64,000 bases of DNA from Eutreptiella sp. 'Long Island Sound 2002' (GCA_964036045.1 OZ038379.1:16492001-16556000); one strand, 5' to 3'; shown: positions 13,801 through 25,273, counted from the first letter of the stretch. Notes: generated by a model from the letters alone, not told the origin. Numbers and translations are program-made.

Positions 13801-16800
13801 CCAGTGCCAGAGGTAGAGAGGTGACTCAATTCAACAACAAACAAAGAGGGCCTCCTTCAGTACTGTAATTGTCTGGGCTTTGCCTGTCTTCAGCGCCGGG
13901 GCTAGCCGTAGTATGTGGACTCAATTCAACAACAAACAAAGAGGGGGCCTCCTTCAGTACTGTGATTGCCTGGGCTTTACCTGTCTTCAGCGCCAGAGAC
14001 AGAGGTAGCATGATGACTGGCATGGGCAGTTGTCAATGGAACACATCCGCACTGAGAACCGTTTCCACACCAATGTCCCCATTCGCCACCGAGCCCAAGG
14101 GTGGTGGGGACATGGTGCAAAGCCTACAACAAGCGGGAGAAAGTTGCACGCGTAACAACAAAACAACAACAAAAAAAAGAGGGGGCCTCCTTCAGTAATG
14201 TGATTGCCTGGGCTTTGCCTGTCTTCAGCGCCGGAGCCAGAGGTCGTATGTTGACTCAATTCAACAACAAACAAAGAGGGGGCCTCCTTCAGTACTGTGA
14301 TTGCTATGGCTTACCCTGTCTTCGGCGCCGAAATCCAGAGGTGGAGAGGTGACTTATTTCATCAACAAACAAACAGGGGCCCTCCTTGAGTAATGTGATT
14401 GCCTAGGCTTTGCCTGTCTTCAGCGCCAGTGCCAGAGGTAGAGAGGTGACTCAATTCAACAACAAACAAAGAGGGCCTCCTTCAGTACTGTAATTGTCTG
14501 GGCTTTGCCTGTCTTCAGCGCCGGGGCTAGCCGTAGTATGTGGACTCAATTCAACAACAAACAAAGAGGGGGCCTCCTTCAGTACTGTGATTGCTATGGC
14601 TTACCCTGTCTTCAGCGCCGAAATCCAGAGGTGGAGAGGTGACTTATTTCATCAACAAATAAAAAGGGGCCCTCCTTGAGTAATGTGATTGCCTAGGCTT
14701 TGCCTGTCTTCAGCGCCGGTGCCAGAGGTAGAGAGGTGACTCAATTCAACAACAAACAAAGAGGGCCTCCTTCAGTACTGTAATTGTCTGGGCTTTGCCT
14801 GTCTTCAGCGCCGGGGCTAGCCGTAGTATGTGGACTCAATTCAACAACAAACAAAGAGGGGGCCTCCTTCAGTACTGTGATTGCTATGGCTTACCCTGTC
14901 TTCAGCGCCGAAATCCAGAGGTGGAGAGGTGACTTATTTCATCAACAAACAAAAAGGGGCCCTCCTTGAGTAATGTGCTTGCCTAGGCTTTGCCTGTCTT
15001 CAGCGCCAGTGCCAGAGGTAGAGAGGTGACTCAATTCAACAACAAACAAAGAGGGCCTCCTTCAGTACTGTAATTGTCTGGGCTTTGCCTGTCTTCAGCG
15101 CCGGGGCTAGCCGTAGTATGTGGACTCAATTCAACAACAAACAAAGAGGGGGCCTTCTTCAGTACTGTGATTGCCTGGGCTTTACCTGTCTTCAGCGCCA
15201 GAGACAGAGGTAGCATGATGACTGGCATGGGCAGTTGTCAATGGAACACATCCGCACTGAGAACCGTTTCCACACCAATGTCCCCATTCGCCACCGAGCC
15301 CAAGGGTGGTGGGGGCACGGTGCAATGCCTACAACAAGCGGTAGAAAGTTGCACGCGTAACAACAAAACAACAACAAAAAAAAGAGGGGGCCTCCTTCAG
15401 TACTGTGATTGCCTGGGCTTTGCCTGTCTTCAGCGCCGAAATCCAGAGGTAGAGAGGTGACTTATTTCATCAACAAACAAAGAGGGGGCCTCCTTCAGTA
15501 CTGTGATTGCCTGGGCTTTACCTGTCTTCAGCGCCAGAGACAGAGGTAGCATGATGACTGGCATGGGCAGTTGTCAATGGAACACATCCGCACTGAGAAC
15601 CGTTTCCACACCAATGTCCCCATTCGCCACCGAGCCCAAGGGTGGTGGGGACATGGTGCAATGCCTACAACAAGCGGGAGAAAGTTGCACGCGTAACAAC
15701 AAAACAACAACAAAAAAAAGAGGGGGCCTCCTTCAGTAATGTGATTGCCTGGGCTTTGCCTGTCTTCAGCGCCGGAGCCAGAGGTAGTATGTTGACTCAA
15801 TTCAACAACAAACAAAACGGGGGCCTCCTTCAGTACTGTGATTGCTATGGCTTACCCTGTCTTCAGCGCCAAATTCAGAGGTGGAGAGGTGACTTATTTC
15901 ATCAACAAATAAAAAGGGGCCCTCCTTGAGTAATGTGATTGCCTAGGCTTTGCCTGTCTTCAGCGCCAGTGCCAGAGGTAGAGAGGTGACTCAATTCAAC
16001 AACAAACAAAGAGGGCCTCCTTCAGTACTGTAATTGTCTGGGCTTTGCCTGTCTTCAGCGCCGGGGCTAGCCGTAGTATGTGGACTCAATTCAACAACAA
16101 ACAAAGAGGGGGCCTCCTTCAGTACTGTGATTGTCTGGGCTTTACCTGTCTTCAGCGCCAGAGACAGAGGTAGCATGATGACTGGCATGGGCAGTTGTCA
16201 ATGGAACACATCCGCACTGAGAACCGTTTCCACACCAATGTCCCCATTTGCCACGGTAAAGGTAAAGGTAAAGTGCTCGGGCGCTCTCCGAACTCCAGCG
16301 TATTCGTGATCCCTACCTGTCCCTCGCAGCATCCCTTCCGGCTCGCGGGGTCACGGACACCCTAGCGCCTAGGACACTGCGTTCCGACCCCACCGGTATT
16401 CGAACCGAGCACCTCTAGTTCAGGAGTCATGTGCATGACCGCCGAACTACGCGACCTTCTCCCCATTCGCCACGGAGCCCAAGGGTGGTGGGAGCATGGT
16501 GCAATGCCTACAACAAGCGGGAGAAAGTTGCACGCGTAACAACAAAACAACAACAAAAAAAAGAGGGGGCCTCCTTCAGTAATGTGATTGCCTGGGCTTT
16601 GCCTGTCTTCAGCGCCGAATTCTAGAGGTAGTGAGGTGACTTATTTCATCAACAAACAAAGAGGGGGCCTCCTTCAGTACTGTGATTGCCTGGGCTTTAC
16701 CTGTCTTCAGCGCCAGAGACAGAGGTAGCATGATGACTGGCATGGGCAGTTGTCAATGGAACACATCCGCACTGAGAACCGTTTCCACACCAATGTCCCC

Positions 16801-18982
16801 ATTCGCCACCGAGCCCAAGGGTGGTGGGGGCACCGTGCAATGCCTACAACAAGCGGGAGAAAGTTGCACGCGTAACAACGAAACAACAACAAAAAAAAGA
16901 GGGGGCCTCACTCAGTAATGTGATTGCCTGGGCTTTGCCTGTCTTCAGCGCCGAAATCCAGAGGTAGAGAGGTGACTTATTTCATCAACAAACACAGAGG
17001 GGGCCTCCTTCAGTAATGTGATTGCCTGGGCTTTGCCTGTCTTCAGCGCCGGAGCCAGAGGTAGTATGTTGACTCAATTCAACAACAAACAAAAAGGGGG
17101 GCCTTCTTCAGTACTGTGATTGCCTGGGCTTACCCTGTCTTCAGCGCCGAAATCCAGAGGTGGAGAGGTGACTTATTTCATCAACAAACAAACAGGGGCC
17201 CTCCTTGAGTAATGTGATTGCCTAGGCTTTGCCTGTCTTCAGCGCCAGTGCCAGAGGTAGAGAGGTGACTCAATTCAACAACAAACAAAGAGGGCCTCCT
17301 TCAGTACTGTAATTGTCTGGGCTTTGCCTGTCTTCAGCGCCGGGGCTAGCCGTAGTATGTGGACTCAATTCAACAACAAACAAAGAGGGGGCCTCCTTCA
17401 GTACTGTGATTGCCTGGGCTTTACCTGTCTTCAGCGCCAGAGACAGAGGTAGCATGATGACTGGCATGGGCAGTTGTCAATGGAACACATCCGCACTGAG
17501 AACCGTTTCCACACCAATGTCCCCATTCGCCACCGAGCCCAAGGGTGGTGGGGGCACGGTGCAATGCCTACAACAAGCGGTAGAAAGTTGCACGCGTAAC
17601 AACAAAACAACAACAAAAAAAAGAGGGGGCCTCCTTCAGTAATGTGATTGCCTGGGCTTTGCCTGTCTTCAGCGCCGAAATCCAGAGGTAGAGAGGTGAC
17701 TTATTTCATCAACAAACACAGAGGGGGCCTCCTTCAGTAATGTGATTGCCTGGGCTTTGCCTGTCTCCAGCGCCGGAGCCAGAGGTAGTATGTTGACTCA
17801 ATTCAACAACAAACAAAGAGGGGGCCTCCTTCAGTACTGTGATTGCTATGGCTTACCCTGTCTTTAGCGCCGAAATCCAGAGGTGGAGAGGTCACTTATT
17901 TCATCAACAAACAAACAGGGGCCCTCCTTCAGTAATGTGATTGCCTAGGCTTTGCCTGTTTTCAGCGCCGGTGCCAGAGGTAGAGAGGTGACTCAATTCA
18001 ACAACAAACAAAGAGGGCCTCCTTCAGTACTGTAATTGTCTGGGCTTTGCCTGTCTTCAGCGCCAGAGACAGAGGTAGCATGACGACTTAATTCAAAAAC
18101 AAACAAAGAGGGGGCCTCCTTCAGTAATGTGATTGCCTGGGCTTTACCTGTCTTCAGCGCCGAAATCCAGAGGTAGAGAGGTGACTTATTTCATCAACAA
18201 ACACAGAGGGGGCCTCCTTCAGTAATGTGATTGCCTGGGCTTTGCCCGTCTTCAGCGCCGGAGCCAGAGGTAGTATGTTGACTCAATTCAACAACAAACA
18301 AAACGGGGGCCTCCTTCAGTACTGTGATTGCCTGGGCTTACCCTGTCTTCAGCGCCGAAATTCAGAGGTGGAGAGGTGACTTATTTCATCAACAAACAAA
18401 AAGGGGCCCTCCTTGAGTAATGTGATTGCCTAGGCTTTGCCTGTCTTCAGCGCCAGTGCCAGAGGTAGAGAGGTGACTCAATTCAACAACAAACAAAGAG
18501 GGGGCCTCCTTCAGTACTGTAATTGTCTGGGCTTTGCCTGTCTTCAGCGCCGGGGCTAGCCGTAGTATGTGGACTCAATTCAACAACAAACAAAGAGCGG
18601 GCCTCCTTCAGTACTGTGATTGCCGGGGCTTTACCTGTCTTCAGCGCCGAAATCCAGAAGTAGAGAGGTGACTTATTTCATCAACTAACAAAGAGGGCCC
18701 CCTTCAGTACTGTAGTTGCCTAGGCTTTGCCTGTCTTCAGCGCCGGAGCTAGCGGTAGTATGTTGACTCAATTCAACAACAAACAAAGAGGGCTTCCTTC
18801 AGTGCTGTGATAGCCTGGGCTTTATGTGCCTTCAGCGCCGGAAACAGAGGTAGCATGTTGACTCAATTCAACAACCAACAAAGAGGGGGCCTCCTTCAGT
18901 ACTGTGATTGCCTCGGCTTTGCCTGTCTTCAGCGACAGATGCAGAGGTAGGGGAGTGCCAAGCATGTTGACTCAATTCAACA
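7831..18982. repeat. Modular satellite array: ~51-bp core plus variant tails (95-98-bp short units, ~238-bp long units), about 80 units
   Basis: Core GGCCTCCTTCAGTA(C/A)TGTGATTGCCTGGGCTTT(G/A)CCTGTCTTCAGCGCC recurs throughout. It is followed by the tails gaaatccagagg.., ggagccagagg.., agtgccagagg.., ggggctagccg.. or the long agagacagagg..tail. Identical ORFs recur at offsets of 290, 336, 1632 and 1968 bp. Confidence 0.97.
16257..16459 (-). mobile_element. tRNA-derived SINE (tRNA-Trp-like head) with a (TTTACC)3 tail, inserted in a satellite long unit
   Basis: The minus strand reads GGTCGCGTAGTTCGGCGGTCATGCACATGACTCCTGAACTAGAGGTGCTCGGTTCGAATACCGGTGGGGTC, with A-box-like TAGTTCGGCGG and B-box GGTTCGAATAC. 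It ends GCACTTTACCTTTACCTTTA. It is flanked by a 16-bp TSD, tccccatt(t/c)gccacgg, at 16241-16256 and 16460-16475. Confidence 0.85.
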
Positions 18983-21086
18983 GGACCATACCCAAGTTGC
19001 ATAGTGGTGCCTAGCATCAATAACAATGAGCCTTGTTGTGCCTTATGACACTGTGGTGAGGTTGTTGAGACAACTGTGAAAAAGGTTTGCGAATATCTCA
19101 ATATGGTGGTGGACGAGGTTCGATGGTCTACAATCATAGCCCACGTGACCCACTTCACCAACTCTATGCCCATTATCTCGTGGGCGGTGGCCTTGGGTGG
19201 CTTGAGGGCCGGGGGTGGGGTGAAACATGAGGCTGTCCAACATTGTGGGGGTGTACTATGGTCTGTACAGGCAAGAATATTGCCAATGGTAGCAAAAACC
19301 CCCAATTTCTTCCTGTCATGTGCGCGCTGTGCCCGCGCTGTGCACATACGCCCCCTTGGAGGCTACCATATGGAGGCTACCATAAAAAAAATGAACGATT
19401 CGCGGAATACCAATTTTTGTGTTGGGCCTTTTGAAGTTTTATTTCGAAAAATTTGTGCAAATGCACCCAGAAATGGAAAAATAATGTTGTTTTGCTACCT
19501 CTTTTTTGCTGCGAAATTTTTACTGTTTTTGGTTGATTGAGCAAAAAACTTTTTTATTTTTCCGCTTTTCTTCTCATTTGACCTCGCTTTTTCGGGGTTT
19601 GGTTTCTTCCATTTTGGTCTCCCTGAAAAGGACCTTGTTGTAAATTGAATGCCCTGTAACCTGCGTTTCACCTGATGCAAATACATCTTCTCAACCTCAA
19701 ACGATAAATCAGTGAAAATCACGTGTATGTTTTTTGTTTGTGAGTGGACCAAAACAGGGTGAAGAAAATGAAAAGCTACCAAATTATGCCGGCCATTTTT
19801 CTTTTGGTTGGTTGTTTCCCAAATTGTCCACTGCTTGTGAATGTATTGTGCTGTTTGTGCCAGATTAATCGTCACATGGAGTTTCTGCTGCCTTTGCTTA
19901 AACCAAAATACGTGCTCAGTGACGGAAGATCCGGAACAAAATGAATCCGGGTGGGAAATCACAGCTACAACACCTGTGGCCAAGCTCAAACCAACGCATA
20001 AACTGAATGGCGATGGTCCTAAGCAATAAGAAAAAGGCCACCACGATCTTTGGGCACCTGTTGAGACAAATATCCTGCATGCGGCGTTTGGGGATTCAGC
20101 GAATCAGCGTGCAGCCCCCCCCCCCCCCCCCTCAACCGTGGGATGAATGCGAAGCGACTGAGAACTCGCAACGAGGAATGCAGCAGGAACGCAATAAGAA
20201 ACTCATCAGTGGTACGTGTGCCATACGTACCTTTCTGCTGTGTGCCCTGATGGGCTGCAACACAATTCAGCTACGGTAAGTGGACGTTGTGTCATGCTCT
20301 AATGCTGAACCCTATATCGGTTTTGGGACATGGATGTACTACAGGAAATGGACACCTCAACTGCATCTACCACCCCCCTCTTCCAGCCCTGGAGGGCCCC
20401 GGTGGACATTTGCTGAAGGGTAGAAAATTCAATCATGAACCCGAGGTAGGTGCCATTAGGCGTAAAGGCTGCGTTAGTAGACCGCGTTGTTTCGGAGCCA
20501 CACGATCAGGTTATCCAGGACGCAACCCTTACTCGCAAGGAGGTGCGGGAGGCGAGACATGCAATAGGAGAGAGTGGGGGGCACATTCTGCTCAACACGT
20601 GGGGCACTCGCCGTAGAGAGCCCTCACTATTGCACATTGGGGAACCGGTTGAGGAAGCTGATTTGGATCCATGCAACAAAGCTGTGCAGCACCCCTGTCC
20701 ATGATGTTATGAAGGGCAAATCATTTACAATGGGCCCCACAATGATGTTGCGGATGACACAATGCGAGCATGACCATGGACTCTGCAATGTGGGACAGAA
20801 CTGGCATCTAACCAAGAAGCAGGTACTGATGCCCCTCAAAATGCAATGCCCACCCACTCTGATGCACCGCTGCTCTGCCTGCCTGCCTGCCTCCCTGTCC
20901 GCAAAGTGCTGCATGCAGGGATGCACACAGAACAACTCCTGCTGCCATGGCGGTCCCTGGGAATTGTCAGGACTAACCCCCCCCCCCCCCCCCAAATGGT
21001 TTGCATGGATGTGAGAGGAGGTCAGGCATTGGTGTGGGAGCGCCAGGCATCAGGGCAGGTGCCAGAAAAGAGAGATTAAGGGGTCG

Positions 21087-22187
21087 TCAAGGGCTCAAAG
21101 TGGTGTTGGCCCTGGGGTCATCACCAACAGGCAGCTGCAGGCGCTTTTCTTGCCACATGGCCTCTGTCTCTTGGATCTTTTGGAGGAAATAATCAGGATT
21201 GAGGATGGCCGCCACCAAATTGGCCTTAACAAGAAGCACGTTGGTGTACTGGAGGGTGTCCTCACCACTCAGCGCCCGGAACGGCGCGTCGGAGCTCGCT
21301 CGCGCATGCACTGCAACAATACTGTCCTTAGCATCATAGTGGATGTTGTCATCAAAGAAGATGTGGCGGTCTTCAGTGGCACTGGCAGTGTACCACACCG
21401 GTTTGCCTGAGGCTGGTAGAAAGTTGTGTCGTTTCCAGTGGTCGTATTCATCCTGGATGGTCAGGGTGGTGTCTGCGCTGGTGAAGAATGCTGCAATGGG
21501 CTCACCGCCGTGGAGCGCCTCCGCGGTGGAGGACGGCGTGGTGTCCTGCAGGTAAACTGCCGAATGGCTGTCCTCTGCATTCTCATGGCGGATTACCCAG
21601 GCCCCGCGGTCGAGCTTGAAAGTGTCACTGATGGGACACAGCGGGAACTGCGGATGCTTGCCCTTCGTGAACGCTGTGAAGGCGGCCCGAACCTCCGGGA
21701 GGTCCGTGCCAAATGTGCGGAACACCACCCGGAACCGTCTCCCGCTGTGATGCAGGGCCAAAAGGCAGTGGAACAAGGAGGGCACCAGAAAGTGCATGCC
21801 ATTCGGACCAAGTTCGGGGTCCGGAGGGCCATCCCACGTCATGGCCTTCCAAAGCTCTTCGTACTGAGGCCGGAAGATCACTCCGGGGCCTTTGGTCGTG
21901 AAAGTTCTGGATTGGCCACGGAAAGCCTCACCGAAAGGCACCCATCCGTCAGGGCGCGGCAGCCCCTTGGTGTACAGTGGTGGGCATGGCGCACCGGGGG
22001 GCCGCTGGTCAGGGTTCAGGGGGCTGCCATCGTGCCATTGCCAATCCCCTGCATCGTTTGCCTTTACCATCGCTGATTGGGCCAGCGCTTTGTTGAGACC
22101 CTCTTCAAACGTGACGCCCCCAGCAGGATCACTAACCATGAGGGTCTGGTTGATATCGAAGTGTAGGATGAGCCTGGGGCCTGCCAT
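21087..22187 (-). CDS. Uncharacterised HAD-superfamily-like protein (~366 aa), copy 1
   Basis: Intronless ORF from the ATG at 22187 (MAGPRLILHFDINQTLMVSDP). The track start at 22433 is a GTG and is probably not used. Motifs: hhhF-D-I-N (HAD motif I-like), VFRTFGTDL, QDEYDHW..GKP, HIFFDDNI (motif IV-like), AILNPDYF. Codons are visibly G/C-ending. A pyrimidine tract plus AG lies 26 nt upstream. Confidence 0.85.
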   Translation of the reverse strand: MAGPRLILHFDINQTLMVSDPAGGVTFEEGLNKALAQSAMVKANDAGDWQWHDGSPLNPDQRPPGAPCPPLYTKGLPRPDGWVPFGEAFRGQSRTFTTKGPGVIFRPQYEELWKAMTWDGPPDPELGPNGMHFLVPSLFHCLLALHHSGRRFRVVFRTFGTDLPEVRAAFTAFTKGKHPQFPLCPISDTFKLDRGAWVIRHENAEDSHSAVYLQDTTPSSTAEALHGGEPIAAFFTSADTTLTIQDEYDHWKRHNFLPASGKPVWYTASATEDRHIFFDDNIHYDAKDSIVAVHARASSDAPFRALSGEDTLQYTNVLLVKANLVAAILNPDYFLQKIQETEAMWQEKRLQLPVGDDPRANTTLSP

Positions 22188-22213
22188 GGGTAAGAAACAA
22201 CGGCACTGACAGC

Positions 22214-22232
22214 CTGGAAAGGAGCGAGACGG
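22214..22232 (-). promoter_or_regulatory. Putative 3' splice acceptor (trans-splice site or 5'UTR intron) upstream of the HAD-like ATG, repeated in all four units
   Basis: The minus strand reads ccgtctcgctcctttccAG|gctgtcagtgccgttgtttcttacccATGG: a polypyrimidine tract, then AG, then 26 nt to the ATG. Confidence 0.5.
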
Positions 22233-22999
22233 CGTGCTTGAGACTTCACTTGGTTGAGGCACATGCGCCTCATCCTTAACGACCCCACAGAAAGGGGGTT
22301 TGAAATGTGCCCGTGCTACCCAGTGTGCATCTACAGTGCCAGCATGTTTGTTTGCAATCCGTTTGCTGTGTTCCCGGTACGCGATAAGTAGACGATAAAG
22401 TGTGCGATAACCGGTTTCGCGATTCCTTCCCACAAAAAATGGTGCAATTTACTTAAGCAACAACTGGGTTTTGGTGTGACCAATGGGGTTTGCGCAATAA
22501 TTTGCGTGATAGCTGTGGTTTTGCACGCTTTTTGCACTCTGTTTGCAGGCCACAATCACATCGTCTCCCGCGGCTGTACATTTTTGACAGAGCAGAGGAG
22601 GCGATGGAGGAGCCTGCGCAGAAGGCCAGGGACCGTGGGAAGGGTGTGGTGGCTGCTGGGTAGCTGGGGAAGAGTATTGGCCCAAAGGTTGCTGCCAGAG
22701 AGTGCAGTGTGGTGCTGGGTGAACCGGCTGATGAAAAGTGCCATGTGGAGAATCTGGTTTGGTACAGCCGATGGGTTTTGGTTCAGAAGGAGGGGGGCTG
22801 GGGGAGGGCGTCCAACTAGGGGTTTAATGCACATGGAACCCACCGCACAGGGCCAACATACCCAAAAGGGTGGAAAAACGGCAAGTTTGGGCCAATTTCG
22901 ACAGTTTTTGGAAACCACCATCTCACCTTGTCACATCTGTAGCGGGCTGCCACTGTTGATTTTTCCGCTCAAAATAAGTGAGATTCACCTTCCAATTGC

Positions 23000-23192
23000 T
23001 ATGTCTCCCACTGCATACCCTGGTTTCAGATTCACCGAATCCTCACTGCGTTTCAGATCCGCTACCGCAGTCATTTGTCATTTGGGGTCATCATAGAACT
23101 GGACAGCTCTGAACCTTGATTCTGAGAGGTTGTCCCAAGTACCACACAGTGAGCAGGCTACACCAGCTCATCTTGGTCTGGAGCAAAGAAAA
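23000..23192 (+). mobile_element. 5'-truncated short retroposon with an A-rich tail and TSD (also at 28157-28349, 33315-33507, 38473-38665)
   Basis: Homologous to 42211-42424 and 55050-55209, which are on the reverse strand. It ends ctcatcttggtctggagcaaagaaaa. Flanks are agattcaccttccaattgc (22981-22999) and agattcaccttcatattgc (23193-23211), a 19-bp match with 2 mismatches. Confidence 0.75.
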
Positions 23193-23649
23193 AGATTCAC
23201 CTTCATATTGCCCTATGCTTCCCCCTTCTCCTTGCCCCACTGGACGCCCCCTCCATCCAAAGGGGCATTCAGCGAACATCTATTCGGGGGCAATCACATG
23301 TCAAACCAAGCACCCTCTCCCCCAATTGGGTGTCAAACGACAGTAAGATGTGGAAACAACTGTCCACAAGTGCAGGAGGAGCATTGTGCATGAACTTTGC
23401 AGCAGCGGTGAAGGTAGCAAGGTTCCGTACCCCTGAAGACCATCTGCCAAAGGCTGTTTCGGGGCACAAAATGTGCAGATTTGGGAGGGCACCTCCCGAT
23501 TTAGTGCCCCCGCCCCAAGGTGCCACTGGTGAGTTTTTGGCTCAAAACTTGGATTTGGCAAGGGCACCACCTAGGCTCCAGGATGGCTAGAGTAGAGTAG
23601 AGCCCGGAGCGATGAGGCGGAGTAATGGCCAAAACGGAAAGGAGAAGTG

Positions 23650-23713
23650 CTGCTTGTTGCTTCCTTTGTTGCTTGTTGCTTGTTGCTTGTTGCTTGTTGC
23701 TTGTTGCTTGTTA
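23650..23713. repeat. (TTGCTTG)n heptamer microsatellite, present in each of the four units
   Basis: gcttgttgcttcctttgttgcttgttgcttgttgc...; a (CA)n run also lies at about 24412-24437. Confidence 0.9.
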
Positions 23714-24404
23714 GCTAGATTTAAGGGGAGAGGGGTGTAGTAATATATATTTTGTTATATATGAGAGCCAAAATGGTTGTGAGACGGGGCGGATAGTGGA
23801 GGACACTTTGGGGACCCAGATCTCTATGCTGCTGTGAGCAATCATTCCAAAACAAGTGCCTTTGGGAACCCTATCTTGACCCGGATTCAATATTTCTTAT
23901 GCATTGGCACAAACGCCTTTGTTTTTTATTTCATGTGTGTCTTTGTTGAGGTCAGGTATTTGGGAAGCAACATTGCCATCCTTCAATGGAGCAAACATTA
24001 TTGGGAAGATGCTTGGAAGTGTTCAAGGTTCCTTGGAAGAGTGCTCGTAAGATTTGGCATGGAAATCGGGCCTGAATGCGCAACCAATATCCTACTCCTT
24101 GACCAGCTCGGTGTAAATTTTTTTGGCCCTACTTGACCTTGAACTCTTGCACATGCTCACCACTTTCCACTGGAATGCTTTGGGCAGCACTCTTGGGTGG
24201 TGGTTTTGCCATAACAACACAGTGAGCCGCAACGAAAAATTTTGGGTTGAGCAAGTGACGGTCCCCCACCCCCCCCCTAGGGAACGACAAGGGGTGGGGA
24301 AGGACAAGGGGGGGGGAGTAGGTCTATCAATTTTCATAATGCCCCCCCTCCCCTCTCCGCTCGCTGTCCCTACCTCTTTCTCATCCCCCCTTTCACTCAT
24401 CCTC

Positions 24405-24438
<34 letters not shown>

Positions 24439-24530
24439 TTTTGTTCGCGAATAGCCTTGGGCAACACTTGGGGGGTCCTTCTCCATCAGAGGGTATATCT
24501 GGGGCTGAAGTCGGGATAGTCAATAGAAAG

Positions 24531-25273
24531 GTAGCGCGCCGGGCGCGCGCCGGGCAAACATTCCCCCTTTCACTTTTTTTGGTCCGCCAGGTACGATTTG
24601 TTACGCATGTAGATTACATTTTCCAAGCTACTGTTGTGTGCGTTGTGTGCGCGTTGTGCAGACAGGCCCCCAAAAGACCATGATGGATTGTGCACCTTCC
24701 CTACAAAGCACGTTTCATAATTAGGCAATAGCTGTGAATCCAACAACTCCAAATGTCATTTGTATTGTACTTAACCAACGGTACTTTGCCTTTACCTTTC
24801 CCATAGATTTTGCTATGGTAATAAGTCCCCAAGCCGCAAGCGGTTTGGACGGCGTTTCTGCCTCACGTCACAAGAAGGAAGCTCACACTCAACATTTCCT
24901 ACATCACCCCTGCCTTCTCAAGGGCCCAAAGTTGGGCGGAATGGCTACATCACCCCTGCTTTCTTGGGGTACCCATGGTGCCGAGAAATCAACCTAGTAA
25001 GGAGTGGATGTGGTGGAAACGAGCAAAAAATGGATGTTTCTGGGTGAAACTGGGTGAGAATCCAAATATACCACATCCCGAATGTGAAAGAAGCATCAAA
25101 ATACCCGCTGTCAAACAACAATAATGCCCATAGTATCACAAAGCATGTGTTTCTAGCACGGCCAGACGTGCAAATCGTTGCACTGCGCGCGCACTGCACT
25201 AAGTGCACCCCTAAAAGTTCACCGGTGGGGCACGGGTCAAAAAAGATGCCCGGCGCGCGCCTTGCGCGCTAAC
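24531..25273. mobile_element. Possible MITE/non-autonomous DNA element with degenerate ~27-bp inverted ends, in each unit
   Basis: Left end gtagcgcgccgggcgcgcgccgggca versus the reverse complement of 25247-25273, gttagcgcgcaaggcgcgcgccgggca. A related internal segment occurs at about 19300-19355. No TSD was identified. Confidence 0.4.

Noticed and set aside
16385-16456. Functional tRNA gene
   Set aside because: The acceptor and anticodon stems do not pair. The sequence continues into a body and tail and is bounded by a TSD, so it is called a SINE.
8007-17642. The many 60-128-aa ORFs recurring in the array
   Set aside because: They are translations of the satellite with variable starts and stops, and no protein features.
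7831-18982. CRISPR array
   Set aside because: The spacers are homologous to each other, fall into five recurring types, and there are no cas genes. The context is eukaryotic.
21150-22288. Plus-strand ORFs of 60-216 aa overlapping the HAD-like gene (and their copies)
   Set aside because: They are antisense shadows of a GC3-rich CDS.
22188-22433. 82-aa N-terminal extension of the HAD-like ORF
   Set aside because: It starts at GTG, lacks protein-like features, and contains a strong splice acceptor.
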